Of a stretch of 64,000 bases of DNA, positions 18,655 through 25,506 are shown in pieces. The position numbers and the translations under genes were made by a program. The DNA comes from Verrucomicrobiia bacterium (GTDB taxonomy: Bacteria; Verrucomicrobiota; Verrucomicrobiia; Limisphaerales; UBA11358), in contig DASZXH010000053.1 of the NCBI GenBank assembly GCA_035545995.1, positions 33,345-97,344 of the forward strand, in the 5' to 3' direction. The notes below the pieces were generated by a model that saw nothing but the letters and a program-made list of their open reading frames with translations, did no database searches and was not told the DNA's origin. Position 1 is the stretch's first letter, and each line of letters starts with the position of its first letter.

Positions 18655-19017
18655 TTACCGCTCGTTGACCGTGATGATGTCACCTGGCTCCAACGGCACG
18701 TCGCCGCCGCGAAGCAAATCTTTTGGATCGATGTCGGCCTGTTCGCCCTGCCGCTGCAAAATAATCCGCTTCGGGTCATGCAATCCATCGTAGCCCGCCG
18801 CCACAATTGCCCGCGCGAGCGTCAAATCATCCGTCCACGGCAATTCATGATTTTGCACGTCGCCGAGGATGACGATATTCGTGCGCGTGTTCATGCTGTT
18901 CAATGCCGCTGCTTGTCCGGCCAGATAAGCTTTGTGTGCCCGCGCGTTCGCCGTGGATTTACTCACACAGCCTGTCACGACCAGAGCGGAAATCATAATG
19001 ACGGCAAAGAATTTCAT
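18655..19017 (-). CDS. lipoprotein with SLBB-like (polysaccharide-export-type beta-grasp) domain
   Basis: Start trimmed to 19017, giving MKFFAVIMISALVVTGC (lipobox). IVILGDVQNHELPW...LTLARAIVAAGY...LEPGDIITV resembles Wza/SLBB domains. Confidence 0.6.
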   Translation of the reverse strand: MKFFAVIMISALVVTGCVSKSTANARAHKAYLAGQAAALNSMNTRTNIVILGDVQNHELPWTDDLTLARAIVAAGYDGLHDPKRIILQRQGEQADIDPKDLLRGGDVPLEPGDIITVNER

Positions 19018-19057
19018 CTGAAATTGGACAACGCGAAATGCAAAACGTTTAAGCCGA

Positions 19058-19852
19058 TTAAACTTTTTTGCCTGCTGCTTCAACGGAATTTTTCCAGTGG
19101 GTTGCAGCGGATTTGATTTCTGCCGCACAATCGGCCAGCGGTTTGACAAATCGCGGACGAAACCACGGAAACATCCCAATCAAATCCGGCGTCACCAAAA
19201 TCTGCCCGTTACAATCCGTCCCGCTGCCGATGCCGATGGTCGGAATGGAAATTGTTTCGGAAATTTCCTTCGCGACCGGCGGCGTGACTAATTCCAGCAC
19301 AATCGCAAACGCGCCCGCGTCCGCCAAGGCTCTTGCGTCGTCGAGCAACTTTTGATGTTCCGCGTCGCTCTTGCCTTTGATGTGATAACCGCCTTCTTCC
19401 AAAACGTGCTGCGGCAACATTCCGAGATGGCCGCAAAACGGAATGCCTTCCGCGATGATGGCTTTCACCTGCGGCAAAATTTCACGACCGCCTTCCGCCT
19501 TCACAAATTCCGCGCCCGCCGCGACCAATCTTTTTGCGTTCGCCACCGCGTCCGAAACAGTTTCATAACTTTTGAACGGCAAATCTGCGCCGAGCAGCGC
19601 GTTCGGTTTCGCGCGGGCGGCGGCGCGCAGATGATGGACGACTTCCGCCATCGTCACGTGCGTCGTATCGGGATAACCGAGCACGACCATGCCGACGGAA
19701 TCGCCGACGAGCAAAAACGGCACGCCGCATTCGTCCAACAATTTTGCCATCGCAAAATCGTAAGCCGTCAACGCGGCAATTTTTTCGCCGCGACTTTTCA
19801 TCGCGCGAATTTCGGCAATGGTGATTTTTTTAGAATTCATTTTTTCGGCCAC
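19058..19852 (-). CDS. panB: 3-methyl-2-oxobutanoate hydroxymethyltransferase
   Basis: 264 aa. KIAALTAYDFAMAKLLDECGVPFLLVGDS, KAEGG, HLGMLPQ, PTIGIGSG. Confidence 0.96.
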   Translation of the reverse strand: MAEKMNSKKITIAEIRAMKSRGEKIAALTAYDFAMAKLLDECGVPFLLVGDSVGMVVLGYPDTTHVTMAEVVHHLRAAARAKPNALLGADLPFKSYETVSDAVANAKRLVAAGAEFVKAEGGREILPQVKAIIAEGIPFCGHLGMLPQHVLEEGGYHIKGKSDAEHQKLLDDARALADAGAFAIVLELVTPPVAKEISETISIPTIGIGSGTDCNGQILVTPDLIGMFPWFRPRFVKPLADCAAEIKSAATHWKNSVEAAGKKV

Positions 19853-19877
19853 GAATGAAACAATCGCCGCTCAACTT

Positions 19878-20441
19878 TCACTTCTTTCGTTTCAATAAGT
19901 CCACAAATTCAGACGACACCGCTTGTAATGGCACTTTGTAACGGGCAAAGTCAGCATCAATATCCTTAAACTGTCCTTGTTCATCAAACATGCTCTCCTC
20001 AATATGAAGCGGCGGGTTAGTGGACATATTATACATATCTAATCCTTGTGTAACCAACTTCATGGCCAAAGCTCCTTGAAAACCGCCATGCCTGCCATAA
20101 CACATGATACTCACAGGTTTTCCCGCCCACTCATCATAGAGAAAGTCCAACGCATTTTTTAATACGGCCGGATAACCCCAATTATATTGTGGAAAAACCA
20201 ACACAAAACCGTCATATCCACCAACCACTTTGCTCCAAGATTTAGTGTGTTCTTTTTGGTAGTTGTGGCGTGCGGGAATCTCCGGTTCATCCAAAAAAGG
20301 CAGATTGACCTCGGCCAAATCAATCAGCTCCAGATTTAACCCTTCGTGCTGCATTTCCTTCAAAACCCATTTCGCGACAATGTGACAGATACGTTTGGGC
20401 CGGTTACTGCCAATGATAATGCCTATATTTGGTTTATTCAT
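19878..20441 (-). CDS. NADPH-dependent FMN reductase-family flavoprotein
   Basis: MNKPNIGIIIGSNRPKRICHIVAKWV..., FVLVFPQYNWGYP. Visibly AT-richer than panB and the heptose kinase gene that flank it. Confidence 0.75.
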   Translation of the reverse strand: MNKPNIGIIIGSNRPKRICHIVAKWVLKEMQHEGLNLELIDLAEVNLPFLDEPEIPARHNYQKEHTKSWSKVVGGYDGFVLVFPQYNWGYPAVLKNALDFLYDEWAGKPVSIMCYGRHGGFQGALAMKLVTQGLDMYNMSTNPPLHIEESMFDEQGQFKDIDADFARYKVPLQAVSSEFVDLLKRKK

Positions 20442-20469
20442 TTTTACGACTTTGGCTGTATTTCGCGTT

Positions 20470-21483
20470 TCATCCGTGGCTAAAACTTTTCAACAATTCC
20501 TCCGGCGAAGTCGTGGCCGTGCCGACTTTGCCGACAACGATGCCGGCGGCGTGATTGGACAAAATCGCCGCTTCCACCGGCGACGCGCCCGCCGCAATCG
20601 CCAGCGTGAACGTCGCAATCACCGTGTCGCCCGCGCCGGAAACGTCGAACACTTCCTGCGCGACGGTCGGGATGTGAAACGGTTTTTGTCCGCGCTGGCA
20701 CAGCAACATTCCCAATTCGCCGAGCGTGATGAGCAATGCCGCCGGACGCAATTCATTCAGCAACCGTTCCGCGACGAGCAGCAGATTTTTGTCCGCGAAC
20801 GGATTTTCGTTTTTGGTGTCGTCCGGCAAATTGGCCAGTTCAAACGCTTCCTTGCGGTTCGGCGTGATGAGCGAAAGGCCGCTCAAATTGAGATGATGCA
20901 CCGGCTTCGGGTCGAAACTCAACCACACGCCGCGCTCGCGGCACAGCGTTTTGATTTCGTTGAGCAATGGCTGCGTGACGACGCCTTTGCCGTAATCGCC
21001 GACAATCACGGCGTCGGCATTTTTTAATTTGGATTTCAGCGCGCCCAGCAATCGGCTCGTCAATTTCGCGTCCAAGCCGTCGCGTGTTTCGCGGTCAATG
21101 CGGACGACCTGCTGTTTGTGCGCGACGATGCGCGTCTTGATGCTGGTGTGGCGCGCCGGATTTTGAATCAATCCATCGCAGCCAATTTTTTGCACCGCCA
21201 AAAGCTTTTTCAATTGCGTTGCCGCCAAGTCGTTTCCGATGGCGCCAAAAATTTCCGTCGGCGCGTTGAGAGAAACCAAATTGCGCGCAACATTGGCCGC
21301 GCCGCCGGGCATGAAACTTTCGCGCTCGAAATCCACGACCGGCACGGGCGCTTCCGGTGAAATCCGCGCGACGCTACCCCAAATGAATTGGTCGAGCATC
21401 ACATCGCCGACGACGAGAATTTTTGATTTGGTTGCGGCGAACAAAATTTGTTTCGCGCGCGAGGCCGAAAGTTTTGCACTCAT
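20470..21483 (-). CDS. hldA: D-glycero-beta-D-manno-heptose-7-phosphate kinase (RfaE domain I / HldA type, PfkB family)
   Basis: 337 aa. KILVVGDVMLDQFIWG, GGAANVA, TPNRKEA, DVSGAGDTVIATF. Confidence 0.88.
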   Translation of the reverse strand: MSAKLSASRAKQILFAATKSKILVVGDVMLDQFIWGSVARISPEAPVPVVDFERESFMPGGAANVARNLVSLNAPTEIFGAIGNDLAATQLKKLLAVQKIGCDGLIQNPARHTSIKTRIVAHKQQVVRIDRETRDGLDAKLTSRLLGALKSKLKNADAVIVGDYGKGVVTQPLLNEIKTLCRERGVWLSFDPKPVHHLNLSGLSLITPNRKEAFELANLPDDTKNENPFADKNLLLVAERLLNELRPAALLITLGELGMLLCQRGQKPFHIPTVAQEVFDVSGAGDTVIATFTLAIAAGASPVEAAILSNHAAGIVVGKVGTATTSPEELLKSFSHG

Positions 21484-21487
21484 GTTT

Positions 21488-21880
21488 TTAATTTTTGCCG
21501 AAACTACTTAACCAAGAATTCAAATCATTTGCAAATTGCCCCGTGTTAAAATCTGAAAGTTTATATTTGGCGACAATTTCGGGAACTTCCTTGGCGAGCC
21601 GCTGAAAAATAATTCGTCGTCGCGCTTCGTGGGTTTTAGGTTTCATTTCATCAATGTCGAGCATGATGTCCATGTAAAGCATTTTATCCTTTTTTGACAG
21701 ACGGATTCGCTGCTTGAACTTCAAAGACGAGTCCCTGCACATCAGAACCACGCAGATACCAAGCAAACTTGCACCATAATTTTTTGCAATAAAATGTTTC
21801 CGTGTTGAACCGGAAATTTCATAAATCACTCCACCAACTCCAGATTCTTCGTTGCAATCGCCTGTAATTCTGAAATGCAT
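21488..21880 (-). CDS. hypothetical protein (low-GC orphan)
   Basis: 130-aa ORF, AT-rich, wedged between hldA and thiG with 4-nt gaps on both sides. No catalytic motif recognised. Confidence 0.5.
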   Translation of the reverse strand: MHFRITGDCNEESGVGGVIYEISGSTRKHFIAKNYGASLLGICVVLMCRDSSLKFKQRIRLSKKDKMLYMDIMLDIDEMKPKTHEARRRIIFQRLAKEVPEIVAKYKLSDFNTGQFANDLNSWLSSFGKN

Positions 21881-21884
21881 ATTC

Positions 21885-22673
21885 TCAATCCAAAAACGCC
21901 GTCAACGGACTGGTCGGGCTGGCGGTTTCATTTTGCGCGGCCAAACCGGATTCAAACGCCGCGCGTCCGGCTTCGACGGCCAATTTGAACGCGACCGCCA
22001 TTTTGTTCGGTTCATCGGAAACGGCAATTGCGGTGTTTACCAGCACGGCGTCCGCACCCATTTCCATCGCTTCGGCGGCGTGACTGGGCGCGCCCAAACC
22101 GGCGTCCACAACCACTGGCACGGTCGCTTGCTCGATAATAATTTTTATTTGGTCGCGCGTTTGCACGCCGCGATTCGAGCCAATCGGCGAGCCGAGCGGC
22201 ATGACCGTGGCGACGCCGACATCCTGCAATCGTTTCGCCAAAACCGGGTCGGCGTTGATGTAAGGCAAAACGGTGAAACCTTCCTTGACCAAAATTTCCG
22301 CTGCGCGGAAAGTCTCAATCGGGTCGGGCAATAGAAATCGCGGGTCGGGATGGATTTCGAGCTTCACCCATTTCGGCAGACCGGCGGCGACGGCGAGGTG
22401 CGCAAGGCGAACGGCTTCCTCGGCATTCATCGCGCCACTGGTGTTCGGCAGCAGCAGAAATTTTTTCGGGTCAATGAATTCGAGGATGTTCGCGAACGGA
22501 TCACCCTTGCCGGACAAATCGGCGCGGCGCAACGCGACCGTGACCATTTCCGCGCCGCTGGCGTCGAGCGCGTCGCGCATGGCTTCCGGTGACGAAAATT
22601 TTCCCGTGCCCAAAATCAGGCGCGACTGGAAAATTCTTCCCGCGATGACCAATGGCTGATTTGCAAGCGACAT
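21885..22673 (-). CDS. thiG: thiazole synthase
   Basis: 262 aa. [48 protein letters not shown]. Confidence 0.96.
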   Translation of the reverse strand: MSLANQPLVIAGRIFQSRLILGTGKFSSPEAMRDALDASGAEMVTVALRRADLSGKGDPFANILEFIDPKKFLLLPNTSGAMNAEEAVRLAHLAVAAGLPKWVKLEIHPDPRFLLPDPIETFRAAEILVKEGFTVLPYINADPVLAKRLQDVGVATVMPLGSPIGSNRGVQTRDQIKIIIEQATVPVVVDAGLGAPSHAAEAMEMGADAVLVNTAIAVSDEPNKMAVAFKLAVEAGRAAFESGLAAQNETASPTSPLTAFLD

Positions 22674-22723
22674 GGCGACAATTTAGAAAATTTCGGCGAA
22701 TTGTCGAGGCACGCTTGAAACAT

Positions 22724-23467
22724 TTAGCGCCGAATTGCGCCATCTGCCGTCATTGGCGCAACGAGCGGGAAAATATCGCGTTGCAGACAAAATGAAACGT
22801 CGTCGCGCAATTCGGGAATGGCCAGCAGATGCCGCGCGTTTTCTGAATTTGCAACGACTGCCGTCAAGGTGGATTTCGATTCGGTGTAAAATCTCAAAGC
22901 GATTTTGGCGGAATCGGAAACGATGGGGCGGGCGTCCGCGCGAGCCGCAAGCAATTCAATCAATGCGCCGGCGGCGAGAATATCTTCGTCAGCTTTATTT
23001 TCGCCCGTGCCGGCGCAAATCAGCAAAACATTTTCAGGATTATTTTCCCGAAGAAATTGCGCCGTTGCGTTCAGATTCAAAAATGAAGACGCCAGAACCA
23101 TTTTTGCGCCGAGACAAGTGCGCAAGGCTCGTGTGCCGTTGGTCGTGGTGGAAACAATCGTTTTGCCGTGAATTTTTTCTGGAATAAATTCGCGCGGCGA
23201 ATTGCCGAAATCGAAATCAATTCCATCGGCGCGGATTTTTACCCCTTTGCGTTCACCGGCCAGCAAAACGTCTGGTCGTGTTTTTTTGATTTGAAGCGCC
23301 TCGGAAATTTCGCTGACGGGGATGATTTCCTTCGCGCCGTTGTGCAGCGCGGTCACGAACGTGCTGGTGGCGCGCAGCACGTCGAACACGACGCACGCAG
23401 TCGCGCGCAAATCGCATTGGGCGAGCGCGGGCAATTCCGCTGGCGTCAGGATGGTTTCAATTTTCAT
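22724..23467 (-). CDS. 2-phosphosulfolactate phosphatase (ComB) family protein
   Basis: 247 aa. VVFDVLRATSTFVTALHNGAKEIIPV and GERKG... are typical of the ComB family. Confidence 0.8.
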   Translation of the reverse strand: MKIETILTPAELPALAQCDLRATACVVFDVLRATSTFVTALHNGAKEIIPVSEISEALQIKKTRPDVLLAGERKGVKIRADGIDFDFGNSPREFIPEKIHGKTIVSTTTNGTRALRTCLGAKMVLASSFLNLNATAQFLRENNPENVLLICAGTGENKADEDILAAGALIELLAARADARPIVSDSAKIALRFYTESKSTLTAVVANSENARHLLAIPELRDDVSFCLQRDIFPLVAPMTADGAIRR

Positions 23468-23476
23468 TTTGCGTCG

Positions 23477-23503
23477 CGCGAAGGACGCGAAGGCGGCGAA
23501 GGA
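23477..23503. repeat. 3 x 9-bp tandem repeat (CGCGAAGGA CGCGAAGGC GGCGAAGGA)
   Basis: Read directly. It lies 10 nt upstream of the comB-like start codon. Confidence 0.8.
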
Positions 23504-23517
23504 AATTTGCAGACTAT

Positions 23518-23958
23518 CTACATATTAGGCCGCTGCGTATCCAATGGAATAAGAGCGTGCCATCCTGCTTTGGCTCGACTGCGAACGCCCTCATAATGTT
23601 TTGGCAATGCCAATAAAGCCTGCGGAAGCAATTCGAGCAACTGACTTCGGATGCTCTCATAACTGGCAGGCGTAATGTCGAACTCTCCTGGTGCGCTGGC
23701 AACAAGACCCGGAAGCCTGCACCAACCAGTCAATGCAGGCTTGCCATCTCTCATAGGAACATCTGAAAACCCAACGGAAATGTTGACGTAAAATCTAAGT
23801 GGGCTGTCGGAAGAATTCCACTGCGAAGACTGAAACTCCACCTGCTGCATCACCGTGTCAATCTCTCGCCGAAAACGCTGCCGCTCTTTTGTAAAGCCGT
23901 TTGGCTTGAAATAGGCGGTGTGCAATTCGGTAAGTAGGCGTTTGAGGATTTCTTGCAT
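23518..23958 (-). CDS. DUF4304-like hypothetical protein
   Basis: Start trimmed to the ATG at 23958 (MQEILKRLLTELH...). FKPNGFTKERQRFRREID...VEFQSSQWN...FYVNISV resembles the DUF4304 pattern as I remember it. Confidence 0.5.
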   Translation of the reverse strand: MQEILKRLLTELHTAYFKPNGFTKERQRFRREIDTVMQQVEFQSSQWNSSDSPLRFYVNISVGFSDVPMRDGKPALTGWCRLPGLVASAPGEFDITPASYESIRSQLLELLPQALLALPKHYEGVRSRAKAGWHALIPLDTQRPNM

Positions 23959-24087
23959 GGCACGAAGCGGCCTAACATTATTGTTTAGCCGCAGTCCATG
24001 CACGCCCGCGCGCATGATTGATTTTTGCAATTACAGTTTTCATCAGGGCTTATGAAAGTTGACCGGCAAATTTTTATCAAGCAAAAG

Positions 24088-24163
24088 CTATTTCAATTTC
24101 GTCCGCATGTAATGGAAAAGATATTGCTGGGCGTAACTGGCGTGCGGGCCAAAATGTGGCGGC
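24088..24163 (-). pseudogene. orphan duplicate of the last ~22 codons plus stop of the ogg-like gene
   Basis: 24097-24163 aligns with 24453-24521 (3 substitutions and a 2-nt indel). It translates to HFGPHASYAQQYLFHYMRTKLK*, versus HFGPHAGYAQQYLFHYMRTKIH* in the intact gene. Confidence 0.75.
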
Positions 24164-24204
24164 GCGGTGGCTTGATTGGGTTTTGATCTGCCCCAATGGG
24201 GCAA

Positions 24205-24385
24205 AATCATTCAGCCCGGCGTTGGCCGATGAAATCGGGCTACGCCGGGTAGCTTCACGAACGGAGAACAACTCTGAAAGAGTTGCATCAAGGGAGGGAT
24301 TTGATTCAACTCTTTTAGAGTTGAGAATATTGTTTGGATGTCAACCCGGCGTAGCCGCTGCGCGTCAACGCCGGGCTGAATGATT
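24205..24385. repeat. 181-bp palindromic (inverted-duplication) element
   Basis: Perfect 20-bp outer arms AATCATTCAGCCCGGCGTTG / CAACGCCGGGCTGAATGATT. Inner matching blocks GGCTACGCCGGGT / ACCCGGCGTAGCC. Twin hairpins CAACTCTGAAAGAGTTG and CAACTCTTTTAGAGTTG. Confidence 0.85.
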
Positions 24386-24443
24386 GAATCCCGTTAGGAT
24401 TCCATTGCAAAATTCTTTGCGTCTTTGCCTCATTGCCCGACAT

Positions 24444-25424
24444 TTAATGTATTTTCGTCCGCATGTAATGAAAAAGATATTGCTGCGCGTAACCGGCGTG
24501 CGGGCCAAAATGCGTGGCGGCAAACTGTTTCAACCGTTTATCTGAAATGCGCCGTCGCGGAAAATAAAGTTGTCGCAACGCGCGTTCCACCCAAACGTCC
24601 ACGGGAAACGCGGAATCGAAGCCGTAGGCGAACAACAAAACGCAATCGGCGATTTTGTGGCCGACGCCGCGCAGTTTCATCAATTCGTGTTGCGCTTCGG
24701 CGTAATCCAATTTGCGGATTTTTTCCAAATCGAATTTGCCGTCAGTGATTTGGCACGCGGCGGCGAGCAAATGCGGCGCGCGAAATCCCATTTTGCACGC
24801 GCGCAATTCGTTTTCGGACAAGGCGGCAATTTTTTGCGGAGACGGAAATGAGAAAAATAAATCGCTCCTCACCCCGGCCCTCTCCTCGTTTGGCGAGGAG
24901 AGGGAGAAATTGCAAGCACGTGTTGCAGGATTGAACGGCGTGGCGGTTTTTCCTTCTCCCCGCTTAAACGGGGAGAAAGTGGCCGAAGGCCGGATGAGGG
25001 GTTCTCCAAATCGCTCGCAGAGCAGGGCGATGATTTGCCGGATTTGGACGATTTGTTTCGTCGAGGACAAAATGAACGAGGCGAGACATTCCCACGGTTC
25101 TTGCCGCAGGATTCGTAAGCCGCGACAGGCGGCGACGGCGCGATTCATCGGCTCATCGTCGGGAAATGTTTTGAGAATTGTTTCCAATTCGATTTCCGTT
25201 TGCAGAAATGCGCGCAGCCAATCCCAATTTTTTTGCGGCGCGACAGTTTCGGCGCAAATGCCCCTTTCAATTTGCGTCAGACGCACATAATTCATTCCAA
25301 TGACACCCACCCAAGAAATTGGGCTGTCAGGACTCCTGACCCAGCGGAATACCTGACCGGAATCGAGCGTCGCGGCCAAATCATAATCGCGCGCAGGCAG
25401 AAAAATTTTAGACACGAATTTCAC
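24444..25424 (-). CDS. ogg: 8-oxoguanine DNA glycosylase (OGG1-type, HhH-GPD superfamily) with a 45-codon in-frame insert
   Basis: N-terminal TLDSGQVFRW, HhH-GPD block LMKLRGVGHKIADCVLLFAYGFDSAFPVDVWV. GTG start at 25424. Confidence 0.85.
   Translation of the reverse strand: MKFVSKIFLPARDYDLAATLDSGQVFRWVRSPDSPISWVGVIGMNYVRLTQIERGICAETVAPQKNWDWLRAFLQTEIELETILKTFPDDEPMNRAVAACRGLRILRQEPWECLASFILSSTKQIVQIRQIIALLCERFGEPLIRPSATFSPFKRGEGKTATPFNPATRACNFSLSSPNEERAGVRSDLFFSFPSPQKIAALSENELRACKMGFRAPHLLAAACQITDGKFDLEKIRKLDYAEAQHELMKLRGVGHKIADCVLLFAYGFDSAFPVDVWVERALRQLYFPRRRISDKRLKQFAATHFGPHAGYAQQYLFHYMRTKIH
24867..25001. mobile_element. 135-bp MITE/REP-like composite element inserted in frame in ogg
   Basis: Terminal inverted repeats CCTCACCCCGGCC / GGCCGGATGAGGGG. 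Internal hairpins CCCTCTCCTCG-TTTGG-CGAGGAGAGGG (24878-24904) and TTCTCCCCG-CTTAAA-CGGGGAGAA (24954-24977). Length is 45 codons. Confidence 0.7.
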
Positions 25425-25506
25425 GAATTAACACGAAAACAAACGACTGACGGGAAAGGATTCATAAGAACAAATCCATTTGCGAAAATTTGTGCGATTC
25501 GTGTCT
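25410..25506. repeat. 97-bp element bounded by 10-bp inverted repeats, filling the GT39-ogg intergenic space
   Basis: AGACACGAAT (25410-25419) / ATTCGTGTCT (25497-25506). Internal CACGAAnT repeats (CACGAATTTCACGAATTAACACGAA). Confidence 0.7.

Noticed and set aside
21521-21545. Partial match to the Zur-like box (TTCAAATCATTTGCAAATTG)
   Set aside because: Only one half-site is intact, and it lies inside the coding region of the 21488..21880 ORF. It is probably a chance occurrence.
22674-22723. Looked for a TPP riboswitch upstream of thiG
   Set aside because: Only 50 nt separate thiG from the upstream comB-like gene, which is too short for a THI element, and no UGAGA-type core is visible.
25326-25340. 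Palindrome GTCAGGA-C-TCCTGAC inside the ogg N-terminal region
   Set aside because: A one-nucleotide loop cannot form a hairpin. It may be a relic of the GGCTGACC-type REP arm, but there is no clear indel relative to the expected OGG N-terminal motif.
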